Shown here: piece by piece, positions 49,311 through 61,980 of the stretch | Layout of the letters: every line of letters starts with the position of its first letter | Numbering within the stretch: the first letter of the stretch is position 1 | Source of the DNA: Leucoraja ocellata | Taxonomy: Eukaryota | Length of the DNA stretch: 64,000 bases | Reading direction: 5' to 3' | Assembly (NCBI GenBank): GCA_036785375.1 | Contig: JAWMAR010000201.1 | Coordinates: 1 to 64,000, forward strand | Notes under the pieces: generated by a model | What the model saw: the letters and a program-made list of their open reading frames with translations, nothing else | Told to the model about the DNA's origin: nothing | Database searches by the model: none | Made by a program: the position numbers and the translations under genes

Positions 49311-51260
49311 CTGGCAGTCAGTGGGGTTCAGTAAACTGGGGAATGCACAGAGTCTGTCCTCACCCATTAATTAGACGGGTTGAGCAGCCAGTGAAACACG
49401 GGACCTCTGTGGCAGTCTCACTCACCGTACACCTCCAGTCGGACTCTTGCTAGAGTTTCATCTCCTGAACTCATTACAAAAGTCACCTCATATTCACCCG
49501 CGTCCTCTCCCCGTAGATCACGGATTTCCAAACTGAAGTTCCTGCGGTGAAGAGTTACCCGTGCCGTGTAACTGGTGTTAAAGTAATTCATCTTCTCATT
49601 CGAGTATACCGCTATCCTGAATCTGGGCGATTTCCGCTTCCACGCCACTTCCGTAATGTCCGGTGTGACTGTGATCCCAGCAGGTAAGGAGACCGAGTGT
49701 CCCCGAGCTCCGGTCATGGTGTCAGCGGCGGCCCAAGTCCCAGCTGTGGAGGCAAGAGAGGCAGTCAGTAGGACAGCTCAGTGACTGGAGGAGGAATCGG
49801 AACTGGGAGAATCACAGAGCACAGGAGCAGGCCATGCGGCCCATCGTCTGGCTCCCGGCTCCGTGAGATACCCAGCCCACAGTCCCTGCATCAGTGAGCC
49901 CACGGAGGGAACAGGGTGCAGATTCTGTTGGTGATTGTAAACGGGCTCCTGAAAGCACCCTTCACTTTTTTACAGCAAGGAAACAGACCCTTTGGCCCAA
50001 CGAGTTCATGCCGTCCATCGATCAGTCATTCACACGAGTTCTATAAAATCTCACTTGCTCATCCACTCCCCGAACATTAGGAGCAATTTTACAGAGGCCA
50101 ATGAACGTACAAATCTGCACACCTTCAGGATGTGGAAGGACAATGCGCTTCACTTTGAAACATGAATGCATCATGGATGCCCCATGTCAGCCCGTTGCAT
50201 TCCCTTTGCCCGCAGCCATTCTTGTGTCATCAGAGGGAAAGGTTGTCATATTTGGTTCTGTATGGGCCAGGCATAGGTGTCATTCTGCCATGTAATGTTA
50301 TTGATGCGTTCCTCCTGTTGACCTATGAAAGATGTGCTTGGCAGCAGGTATTCTGCTCCATGTATTCCTCAATGCGTAAATGTGAGAAATGTTATGGGAT
50401 CCAAGCAAGTCAGTGAGTGGTCAAGTATCTGGCAGAGAAAACATAAAGCAACACCCACCTCCTCTAGTAATTGGAAGGCTGCCAACAAACTGGCAGCAAC
50501 TGGGGGTGACAGTTACCATTCAGCTATGATTTGGATGTAGGGATTGAAGGCTTTGTGGCCAAGTTTGTGGATGTGAAAAATAGGTGGAGGGGCCGGTAAT
50601 GTAGAGAAAGCTGGGATTCTGCAGAAGGATTAGGAAAGGTAGGGAGAGCGGGCAGAGAAGTGGAAGATGGAATATAGTGTAATTAAGGTGTAGACTATTT
50701 TCTAAATGTGGAGAGAATCCAAAAATCGGAGGTGCAAAGGGACTTTGGAGTGCTGGTGCAATATTCCCAAAAAGTTAATCTGCAAGTTGAATCGGCAGTA
50801 AAGAATTCGAATGCAATGCTGGTATTTATTTCATGAGGGGTCGTACACATAAACAGGGATGGACTGCTGAGGCTCAACAAGGCGTTGGTCCGGTCACATT
50901 TGGAATATTGTGAATTGAATTGAACACTTTATTGTCAGACGTGACGAGTCACAGTGAAATTGTTTGCTTGCCCATCCAAGGTATGCAAATAGTTGCCACT
51001 AAAAGGTGCTTACAAAGTTACAAAGTACTCCCTCACCAGGTCCCCGTTTTTCTCCCCCCTCACGGCAGGTTCTGCAATATCCATTGTTCTGCCCTGTCCC
51101 TCATGCCAAGCCCTTTCCCCCCACGCCGGGTCCCATTGTTCTTCCCCCTCCCTCATGGAGGTCCCCTCATGCCAGGTCATTCTTTGTTAATTCCCTCGGC
51201 AGTGGCGTCCACACTTCCGCGTGTCTGTCCTCATAGGTCAGTCGGTGCCATCATCGACCG
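49311..51260. repeat. Inverted segmental duplication copy 2 (partner 19398-21343)
   Basis: Reverse-complement match. Confidence 0.92.
49426..49743 (-). CDS. Gene C exon 2, Cys-less IgV domain
   Basis: 318 nt phase 1-1 exon, acceptor cctccacag, donor G|GTGAGT; 10 aa differences from the gene B V exon. Confidence 0.92.
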
Positions 51261-51970
51261 CCGCTCCGACCTGTCCATTATCACCACCGGGTCCTCTCTT
51301 GAGGCCTCCGTGGCACCGACCCAGGTCCCAACCGCGGGCTCCTCTGACCCAGGTCCCAACCGCGGGCTCCTCTGACCCAGGTACCATTGTCCGCGTGGCT
51401 TCATCGACACGCGAGGCTCCACCTCTGACCCGCGAGACTCCGCCCCGTGAGATTCTGACCTGCGAGGCTCAGACTCCAACCCTTGAGACTCTACCTCCGA
51501 CCCGCGAGGCTCCAACTTTGACCCGCAAGGTTCCGGTTCGCGCTCCAGCCGGCGAGACACCGGCCCACGAGGCCCAGCCCATGAGGGTCCGGCCTCGGCT
51601 TCTCATGGGCACCTCTGGAAGGCGTCAGCTGCAGCAGCACCTCTGGAGCTATATCTGAGGAAGGATGTTCTGGCTCTGGAGAGGGTCGAGAGGAGGTTTA
51701 CAAGATTGATCCCAGGAATTAATAGGTTAACATATAATGATCGTTTGACGGCACTGGGCCTATACTCACTGGACTTTAGAAGAATGAGGGGGGACTTCAT
51801 TGAGGGAAAGTCAGTGGATATATTTAAGGCAGAGATAGATAGAATCTTGATTAGTACGGGTGTCAGAGGTTATGGGGAAAATGGGGTTATGAGGTAGAGA
51901 TGGATCAGCCATGATCGAATGGCAGAGTAGACTTGATGGGCCAAATGGCCTAATTCTGCTCTTATCACTT
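50540..51970 (+). mobile_element. CR1 fragment split by a minus-strand retroposon (~50912-51640) with 21-bp internal repeats
   Basis: CR1 coding resumes at ~51645 (YLRKDVLALERV); inserted element has tandem-repeat tail aattgaattgaa. Confidence 0.75.
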
Positions 51971-52068
51971 GTCATTATTGTCAGGATTCCTCTGTGTGCT
52001 GGTCATAAATCACTGGTGACCTCCATGTCTGGTATCATTGGTCACTATAGGAAGTGACCCCTTGTTCT

Positions 52069-52384
52069 GGAAGTCCAGAAGAAGGGGTCACATTTTAAGG
52101 ATAAGGGGGAAATCTTTTAGGACTGAGATGAGGAAAACATTTTTCACACAGGGAGTGGTGAATCTCTTGAATTCTCTGCCACAGAAGGTAGTTGAGGCCA
52201 GTTCATTGGCTATATTTAAGAGGGAGTTAGATGTGGCCCTTGTGGCTAAAGGGATCAGGGGGTATGGAGAGAAGTCAGGTACAGGATACCGAGTTGGATG
52301 ATCAGCCATGATCATATTGAATGGCGGTGCAGGCTCGAAGGGCCGAATGGCCTACACCTGCACCTATTTTCTATGTTTCTATGT
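52069..52384 (+). mobile_element. Young CR1 3' end
   Basis: FFTQGVVNLLNSLPQKVVEASSLAIFKRELD; near-identical to the other young copies. Confidence 0.88.
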
Positions 52385-53387
52385 GTAGTGCAACTCCCAC
52401 CTTGCAGCTGACAACCAGAAGTGATGGATTTTTCTGAGGCAAGAGAAATGCGGTCAACTGTGACCCTGAACCCAGGCAGTAACTCACTGCCTTTGAAACC
52501 TCAGATTCAGATTAGTTTATGCCATATACACCAGGGGCAATGAAGTTTCAAGTTCGCATGAAGCTCACAGAGTAAACGATAAAGAGAATAACCACAAACC
52601 AAATACAATAATGTATGCAAATCCGCACATTTGTGCAAAGATTTTTGTGTAAACTGAAGACGTACGAAAAATACTAAAATGCAATAACAAAATAACCAAT
52701 TGAGGTAGAATTACGTACAAGAGTACATGACAGCAGCTCAGGGAAGGGCATGTGAAAGACATTAAAGGTTCAGGAAATTGAGAGCCATGGGGAAGAAGTC
52801 GTACTTAAGTCTGTAAAGATACCTCCATGTAGACGCCACATTAAAGGTCTGTCAGGATATGATAAGCAAACTCGAGTCATGCACTCTATCAAATGGTGGC
52901 AGGAAGTGGTAAGGTGATCAGAACTAATGAACAGAATTATGTGAAGCATAAAATGGTGCTGAACTTCCGATACGTATACAGAGGGAGACCATGAGGGAGA
53001 GAGAGGAATAAAAGGAGGGAGAGAGAATGAGAGAGAGGGGGCAACAAAGGGAAAGACAGTCTGTCCTACAGAGATGATTGAGGTGTTGAGGAACCAACAA
53101 ACATGGTCAAAGTGGCGAACAAAGATATAGAACGTCTGTGGATTAAGTGAGATATAGAGAGACTAAGTGAGATGGAATGAGATCAAGACCTAGAGAGGGA
53201 CAGAGGAAAAAGTGTGAAAGAATGGGAGAGACAAAGAGCAAGTAAGCAATTTACATGCAAAGGTGTGAACAAGCAAAGGGAGGATGTCACCATGATGAAT
53301 GGCCCCTGCAAGCACTATAAACCTCACATCGCTCACACATATTTCACCGCTCTATAATCAGAATCAAACTCTAAAACTTGACATTAC

Positions 53388-53454
53388 CCAAACATCTGGC
53401 AAAAAGGTAGGCACAGAACAGGCAGACAACACTTCTTGAGGAGAGCCCCCACAT
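53388..53454 (-). CDS. Gene C exon 1, putative signal peptide MWGLSSRSVVCLFCAYLFARCL
   Basis: ATG in aagATGt context, 67 nt, phase-1 donor G|GTAATG in frame with the V exon; ETS/PU.1 motifs immediately upstream; total CDS 1002 nt = 333 aa. Confidence 0.7.
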
Positions 53455-53487
53455 CTTGAGGTTTGAGTTCTAAGGTCCGGATATCTT

Positions 53488-53542
53488 CTGAAAAAGGAAG
53501 TAAAGAAACAGGAACTGATCTCACCATGAGCAGAGGAAGCAC
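53488..53542 (-). promoter_or_regulatory. Cluster of ETS/PU.1-type sites upstream of gene C
   Basis: AAAAAGGAAGTAAA, CAGGAACTG and AGAGGAAGC (written on +) within ~90 bp of the ATG; no TATA box seen. Confidence 0.45.
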
Positions 53543-53794
53543 AACTAACCGACTGCTCTCACCCTGACTATTTCATTCAATCTCTTGATATTGAGGAATA
53601 TAAAGCAAGTAGGAATGAACTCAAGTAGGTGATTAGAACTGACGTAAGTTGGGTTGAAGAAAATCGTAATGCTTTTTATATGTATATTAAATCAACAAGG
53701 TAACCAGGAAGAAGGTAGGACCACTCAAGAATACAGAAGGACATGTGTTCTTGGCATCAGAGGATGTAGGTGAAGTACTAACTAAGTACTTTGC

Positions 53795-55290
53795 CTAAGA
53801 AAGAACTGCAGATGCTGGATAAATCAGTAGACAAATATGCTGGAGAAACTCAGCGGGTGAGACAGCATCTATGGAGAGAAGGAATAGGCAATGTTTTGGG
53901 TCCAGACCCTTCTTCAAACTGATGTCGGGGGGTGCGGGGAAATGGAAAGGAAGAGGCGGAGACAGTAGTCTTGGGAGAGAGCCGGGAAGGGCGGGAAGGA
54001 GGGAGAAATCAAGGACTACCTGAAATTGGAGAAGTCAATGTTCACACCACTGGCATGTAAACTACCCAAGCGAAATATGAGGTGCTGTTCCTCTGGCAAT
54101 GGCGGAGGCCCAGGCCAGAAAGGTCAAATTCGGAACGGGAGGGGGAGTTGAAGTGCTGAGCCACCAGGAGATCAGGTTGATTATTGCAAACTGAGCGGAG
54201 GTGTTGGGCAAAGCAATCGCCAAGTCTGTGCTTGGTCTCACCAATGTAGAGAAGTTGACACCTGGAGCAACGGATGCAGTTGATGAGGTTGGAGGAGGTT
54301 CAGGTGAACCTCTGCCTCATCTGGAAAGACTGCTTGGTCACTTGGATGGAGTTGAAGGGGGAGGTAAAGTGACAAGTGTAGTATTTCCTGCGTTTGCAAG
54401 GGAAAGTATCAGGGGAGGGGGTGGTTTAGGTGGGAAGGGACAAATTGACCAGGGAGTTACGGAGGGAATGGTCTCTGCAGAAAGCAGAAAAGGGAGGAGA
54501 TGACATGATGTGGCCAGTGGTGGGATCCCGTTGGAGGTGGCGAAAATGTCGGAGGATTATATGTTGAATGCGATGGATGGTAGGGTGGAAGGTGAGGACA
54601 AGGGGGACTCTGTCCTTGCTATGGGTAGGGAATGTGGAGTGAGAGCGGAGCTGCGGGATATAGAGGAGACCCTGGTGAGAGCCTCATCTATAGTCTGAGG
54701 GGAACCCCCGTTCCCTAAAGAATGAGGACATCTTCGATGCCCTGGTCTGGAACACCTCATTCTGGATGCAGATGCGGTGTAGATGGAGGAATTGGGAGTA
54801 GGGGATAGAGTTCTTATGGGAAGCAGGGTGGGAGGAACTATAATCCAGAGAATCATGGGAGTCGGTGGGTTTGTAGTAGAAACCCATTGACTTCCATGGC
54901 TGTCTGGACTACAAACCCATTGACTCCCACGGCTCTCTGGACGACACTTCTTCCCATCCTGCTCCCTGTAAGGACTCTATCCTCGACTCCCAATTTGACT
55001 CCCAATTCCTCCGTCTATGCCGCATCTGCACCCAGAATGAGGTGTTCCAGTCTAGGGAGATTATATGTTGTATATGCCGGCTGGTAGGGTAGAAGGTGAG
55101 GACAAGGGGGGTCTCTGTCCTTGTTATGAGTAGGGGAATGGGGAGTGAGAGCAGAGCTGCGGGATATAGAGGAGACCCTGGTGGGAGCCTCATCTATAAT
55201 AGCAGAGGGGAACACCTGTTCCGAAAAGAATGGGGACTTCTCCGATGCCCTGGTCTGGAATACCTCATTCTGGGTGCAGATGCAGACCCG
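53795..55290 (-). mobile_element. Penelope-like element, rearranged with internal strand switches
   Basis: FYYKPTDSH..LDYSSSHP..IPYSQFL; GIY-YIG region antisense; pLTR at 53795-53925; plus-strand segment ~54885-55050. Confidence 0.8.
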
Positions 55291-55379
55291 GTTTCCTTCC
55301 CCCCCCCCCCCCCCCCACCATAGTACTTTACCTATGTATTCATAAACAAGAAGAATACGGAGCGCAGTGAGAATAGTGT

Positions 55380-56300
55380 GGAGAATACTAATATATAAGG
55401 GCAGTTTGAGGAAGTGGCGTTAGGACTCTCGAAGGGCATTCAGATGGTTAAATTCCAATAGCTATCCTATGTTATTAAAAAAAAAGCAAGAGAGAAGATT
55501 GAATAGACCTTGACAAAGCTTTTTGCAACCTCTCGATCCACGGAGGACTGGACAGTAGCCAATGTTGTTCCTTAGGCTAAGGAGGGAGGTAGAGTCAGTC
55601 CAGGGAATTATAGGCTGCTGAGCCTCACATCAGTGGCAAGGAATCTATTGGAGAAGGAATGGATTTATCCCATGGAAGGGAATTGGTTATTTGGGGAAAG
55701 TCGGAATGACTTTGTCTGCAACCGGTCAAGGAAGTCATGTCTCAGCTTTATACAACTTTGGTGAGGTTGTATTTTGAGTATGCAGTTCTGGTCGCCCCAT
55801 TACAAGAAAGATGCGGGGTCTTGAAAATGGTGCAGAAGAGATTTACCAGAATGATGTCTGAATTAGGTGGTATTAGCAATAAAGAGAGGTTGGACAAACT
55901 TGAATTGTTTTCTCTGAAATATCAGAGGCTGAGGAATGATCTGATAGAATTATATAGGATTATAAGAGGCATTGATAAGGTAGACAGTTAGAACCTTTTT
56001 TTGCAAGGTGGCATTGTCAAAGACTAGAAGTCATAGCTTTAAAATGAGAAGGTCAAAGTTTTAAGGAGATATGCATGACAATTTTGTTACACAGAGGGTG
56101 GTGAGTATCAGAAATATTCTGGCAGAAATAGTGATGGACGCATGCAGCATTTAAGAGGCTTTTAGATAGCCATTTGGATCTGCACGGATTGAGAGGAGCG
56201 CTATCATGTGCAGGTAGATGGAATTAGTTTATCTTGGTTGCATGCTAGGTACAGACACTATTGGCCAATGGGGATATTCTTATGCTGTACCTTTTCTGTA
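55380..56300 (+). mobile_element. Old CR1 fragment
   Basis: VQKRFTRMMSELGGISNKERLDKLELFSL. Confidence 0.7.
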
Positions 56301-57339
56301 TGTTTTCTACTTTTTTCACAAACTATCTTTCCTCTTATTAAACTTGCAGCATTCAACTCACAAATTAACCAATCCTAGTATTATTATGAAACATACTCAC
56401 AACAGTGGTTCCTTTGTGGTCTGGTAAACTGATCTCTGTGGTGCAGAAGCCTAGATTCAGCTCTCAGACACCTGATACCTCCTCTGGGACACAACCATTC
56501 CATCAAATCCACAGAGTCACAGAGCTCTCTTCAGAACCCCTTCCCTCCACAGCTTCCAATCTTGGTGCCATAGCCTGCACAACCCATTTCTACTTTGCTG
56601 CGAAGATCTATAGCTGGACTGCACAGGCAGGCCCATTGTTTCAGCCTGTTCTTGCCCAGCTAAACTTACCTCTTCCCACCTTGACTCAACCCTTTCATTG
56701 CTGTCGAGTCCCTTCAAATTGAACCTTTCCATTCACTTTATCCAAGTCAAAATTGTAGCGATGTGCGCTGGTAGAGGCCAAAATAGGCAAGTTTTTCTGT
56801 GAAATATACATGAGAACACTGAAGAAAATGGCCTCTCAAGCCTACCCTGCAATTCAATACATTTATGACTGACCTAATACAGGACTCAACTCCTATTCTA
56901 TGTAATTTCTCAATGAAGCTCAATTCCCTGATCTTTCAGACAATTATGTCTCAAATTTGAATACTTTAAATGATCTCCCTAACTCTCTGAGGTAGAGATT
57001 CCAGCAATCTTCTGTGAGAAGATATTTCTATGCACACTTTTTAATTGACCAAGCCAAAGCTTCAAGTTCCTAAGAGTAAATATCATCAACAACTTGTCCT
57101 GGACCAGCCATATCGAAGCAATGGACAAGAAAGCACGCCAACGAATCTACATCCTTCGAAGGCGAAGGAGGATTGGCATGTCCCCAACAACCTTCACCAG
57201 ATTATACAGGTGCGCTGTTGAAAGCATTTTATCAGGAAGGATCACAGCATGGTTTGGGAACAGCTCCATGCAAGACCGCAAGAAATTGCAGAGAATTGTA
57301 GATGCAGCCCAGACCATCGCACAAACCAACCCAATTCTT

Positions 57340-60300
57340 GAAATCACTGTCTCCTCTTCTCTGTTCTTTCCTGCACATCTCATCTCTCCCACTTTCCTCT
57401 GGACTCTGTAGAACCACCGTCCTTTCCGCTCTTCCTCCCATTGCTTTTGCCATCTTTCCTTCAGTCTTTGCTTAATAATGTCTTTAATTTCAGTTTAACT
57501 ATGTTAATACTTAAATCAATCTTACTTCTTTTTGTTACCTCTTTTGCTACCTTATCTGTCATTTCGTTTCCTCTAATGTCAATGTGTGCTGGTACCCATA
57601 AAAATATGACTGTAAGCCCCATCATTTGAATTCTGAATAGTGTTTGGTGTATTTCTATCAAAATGTCTGGTCTATTGTCTGAATGACTGTGCTGTAAACT
57701 CTTTATTGCTAAACTTGAATCTGAACAAATAACTGTCCTTAAAGGCCTAGTATCCTCGACCCACTGTACCGCTAACAATATTGCAATCATTTCACCTGTG
57801 TATATTGAGATCTCATTATTGATCCTCTTCCCTACTTTGATGTGAAATTCTGGTACAATAAATGCTACTCCTACTTTATCTACTGAATCTTTTGATGCAT
57901 CTGTATAAATTTGGACAAAACTGTAGTATCTGTCAATATATTCCTGTATGATGACTGAATTATACATATGCTGTTTATCCTTGTTTTTCTGTTCTAATAT
58001 TGTAAAGTCTACTGTTGCATCTGGAAGTATCCAAGGTGGAATTGAAGGTAATGGAACCGTTGGAACCACATTTAATTGGGCTATGCTAATTTGTATTGCT
58101 CTCTGGGTCACTGTCCATCCAAAACTTTTTGTTTACCTTCTCTCCTTTTCCCAGCATGGTTTGACAGTAACTTGTACTGGGTGTTCTTGACTGTGGCCCT
58201 GTAGGTTAATCCAGTAATTCAATGAAAGCTGTATCCTTCTCATCTCTAGAGGCATCTCCCCCATTTCAACCTGTAATGCTGCTGTTGGAGTTGTTTTTAT
58301 TGCACCTGTACATATTCTCAATGCCTGGTATTGAATGTTGTCTATTTTCTTAAGAGAAGTACTTGATGCGAACCCATACACCACACAACCATAATCTAAC
58401 ACAGATCTAATTAACCCAGTGTATATAGCCTTCAAAGCTGTTCTATCTGCCCCCCAATCACATCCAACTAAACATCTCATTACATTAAGTATCTTCTTAC
58501 ATTTGTCCACTACTTTCTGAATTTTAAAAGCTTTATTTCGACACTTAATTGCATCCATGCAATCCTCTCATCAAACCATAAACCTAAAAATTTATAGTAT
58601 TTTACTCTCTCCAATTCCTGGTTATATAATTTTAGTTTTACCTCACTATCAATTTTCTTCCTAGTAAAAAACATTATCTTTGTCTTTTCCACAGAAAATT
58701 TGAATCCCCATTTATATGACCACTCTTGTACTTTTATTATAGCCCTCTGTAGTTTCTGCACAATAAACTTCACATTTCTCCCCCTTTTCCAGATTGCCCC
58801 ATCATCCGCAAACAGTGAAACTCCCATTTCATTTACAATTTCTTCATATACATCATTTATCATTACTAAAAATAGTAAAGGACTTATTATGCTCCCTTGA
58901 GGTGTTCCATTTTCAATATGTAATATTCCTGAGTATTGATTTCCAACTCATACTTGTATTGACCTCCCAAATAAAAAATCCTTAATCCATTTAAATATAC
59001 GACCTTTAATCCCCAATTTACCTAGTTTCACTAATAACCCTTCTCCCCACATCATATCATATGCTTTCTCAATATCAAAAAATACAGCTACTACACTTTC
59101 TCTGTTAATTTGTGCTCTCCTAATTTCATGTTCTAAACATATAGCTGGATCCATGGTGTTTCTCCCCTTCCTGAAACCACTCTGGTAAATGGATAAATAT
59201 CCTTTATTTTCTACATAATATGTTAACCTTTCATTTACCATTTTTTCCATTACTTTACATATGGTGGATGTTAACGCAATAGGCCTATAATTCCCTGGGT
59301 TTGTCAGATCTTTACCTGGTTTTCCTATTGGGAGTACTACTGCCTCCTTCCAGCTTTGCGGTAATTTCCCACCCTCCCACATTTTATTATAAAATTCTAA
59401 CAAAAAATCCTTGGATGTTTCACTGAGATGGTTTAACATGGTGTAACAAATCTGATCTTTACCTGGTGCTGACATCTTGGTTTTTCTAAGAGCTCGATTG
59501 AATTCTGTCTTTGTGAATGGTTTGTTAAAAACATCGTTAGTGTCTTCCTCATATCGCATTAACTGTATATTCCCTGCTATAGTATTTTCTTTTCCTTTTC
59601 TTCCTTCTTCACTAACATTGTCTGAACTGTGAATTTTAGCAAAAGATTTTGCCAACATCTCTGCTTTCTCTTCATCTTTCACTGCTGTAATTTCAACGTC
59701 AGTTAGGATTGGATATTTGTATTCTTTTTTAATTCCTTTCATTCTCCTTATCATTCCCCAAACTTGACCTACTTTTGTCTCCCTTCCCACTGAGTTACAA
59801 AATGTCCTCCAAAATTCCCTCTTTGCATTTTTTATTACTCTTCTTACACTTGCTTGCAACCTTTTGTATTCAATAAGATTCTGAAAATTGTGATTTCTTT
59901 TCAAAATTTTAAAAGCTTTATTTCAACACTTAATTGCTTTGTCACACTCCTTAGTCCACCATGGTACACTCTTCTTGTTGTGCTTACCTCCTTTCTTTTT
60001 AATGGACTTCGTTGCTGACTCTAAAATGGCTTCACAAACAGAAATATTTAAATTATCCACATCTTCATAAATATCAATTTTCTCCATTTCTTGATCACTA
60101 ACAATCTTAAACTTCTCCCAATCAGCACCACTAAAAGACCACTTCTGTATTCTCTCTGTATTATACTCCTCTAAACTCACTCCTGCTACTATTTCTATCG
60201 GGTAGTGGCCACTTCCTACCGTTGTTCTTCGAATTACTTCCCATGAACAAACACCCGCCAATGAGTCTGACACTAGTGTGAGGTCTATGGCTGATTCTGA

Positions 60301-61980
60301 CCCTGTTCTGATGTTGATTCTTGTCCCACTTCCATCATTAAGACACACAAGGTTTTTATTCTCCATTAAATCCTCAATCACCATCCCATTTTCATCATTA
60401 GAATCATCCCACAACGTGCTATGGGCATTAAAATCTCCTCAACATATAACTTTCCCCCCTAAATATCCAGCAAGTTCATCCATCAACTCCATTGAAAGCC
60501 TTTTACACGGATTATAAAAATTAACAATTTTAACCTTAGCTTCTCTTGTCCAAATTTCAACCACTAAATGTTTTAATTCTGTTCCTTTCACCAACAATCT
60601 ATAATGTATTCCTTGCCTTATAAATATTACACACCCCCCTCCACTCCCCTACCCCCCCCCCCCCCCCATCTCTACAGATACTATCATAACCTTTGATGAC
60701 AAAGTCTAATGAAAGCTTAAGCCAGGTTTCTTGAATACATACGACTTCTGGTTTCTTCTTTAACGAATCCTTTAAACTCTTGTCCATTTGCTATTAGGCT
60801 CCTTGCGTTCCATTGTAATATAATCAATTTGACCTATCACCAGAACCTTCCTGCCTTCCATCTGCTTCAAGCTTTTTATTGATACTCTCCCATGATACTT
60901 CTTTTAAACCCAAAAACTTCTCTGCTCCCTTAACAATGATTTTTTTTCTTCTGTTTTGTGTTTAACCTGATCAGTACAGTTGATTACATATGCAATGAAA
61001 ACAATAAGCTTATCAGCTGTCAGTTCTGTGTGAGTTTTGACTGCTTGACTTTCCTCTAATCTCAAAACCGGATGATTCTCTCGCCCAATTATATCCACTC
61101 TTCCCCTTTGTTCTTGCACCTTCTTCACTGCCTCTGAGTAGCTTATGTTACTTACTGTTTTCACTTGCTGAATCTCCACAGCCCTCTTCCTGACTTCACA
61201 TCCCCCATACGTTACCCTGTGTGGTCCTCCGCAATTGCAGCATTTATCCTGCATATTTTCTCTGCACTCTTCAAATCTATGCTCTCCTCCACACTTGGGA
61301 CACCTCTGCTTCCCCTTACACACTGCTGCTATATGTCCATACCTCTGGCATTTATAACATCGGAGCGGTGGAGGGATATAAGGCCTCACTGGAAAACTCA
61401 TGCATCCGATTCTCACTTTTTCTGGTAGTTCAGACTGCTGAAACTCCAGAAGCACAGACAAGCTCTCTACCCTCTTACCCTCCACTGTCCTTAACAATCT
61501 CTTAGCTACACTCACCTGGCCACCAAAAATACTCCGTTTGAGTTTCTCCAGGTCTTCATCTACAGGAATATCTGTTATTACTCCCCTTGTCACTCTACTC
61601 TCACCCAGAGTCTTTCTTTCACTCACCATCTTCTTGCAAACACTTTCAATCTTCAGAGCCTTATTTTTCTGCTCCTCCATCTTACATATTATTAACAAGT
61701 TCCCGTCTCTCAAAATCTTAGCTGTTTCCACCTCTCCTACCTTCTTCTTTAGCTCCCTGGATAAAGCTATCGGACTTAAATTGACATGCTCATCTTCCTT
61801 TCTGAATTTCAGTATTATTTTAACCTCCTTCCTTTCAACCTTTTTCCGAACCGTTCTCCTATCCTCCTCTGAACTGTTCCCTTCAAAATTCCTTTTGCTG
61901 CTTTGGCTGAGCTCGTTTTGCCTGACTCCTCCTTCTCCTTGATTCCTTCCTGATCTCTGACTAGATAGCTGATTTCCTCA
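57340..61980 (-). mobile_element. Near full-length I-group (Nimb/Ingi-like) LINE: ORF1 gag with 3 CCHC knuckles; ORF2 APE-RT-RNase H, frameshifted
   Basis: CYKCQRYGH..C, CPKCGGEH..C, CCNCGGPH..C; ILQWNARS, CIQETW, SAIDLT; SAPGKD, DIEKAYD, SLFADD; IYTDASK, SDS, WVPAH. Confidence 0.9.

Noticed and set aside
6987-49743. V exons as rearranging Ig/TCR V segments
   Set aside because: No B/F-strand cysteines and no RSS heptamer/nonamer; each exon includes the G strand and ends in a splice donor
15226-53454. B and C as an assembly artefact of two haplotypes
   Set aside because: Different leaders, TM and tail exons and mostly different intronic TEs; homology is confined to tracts
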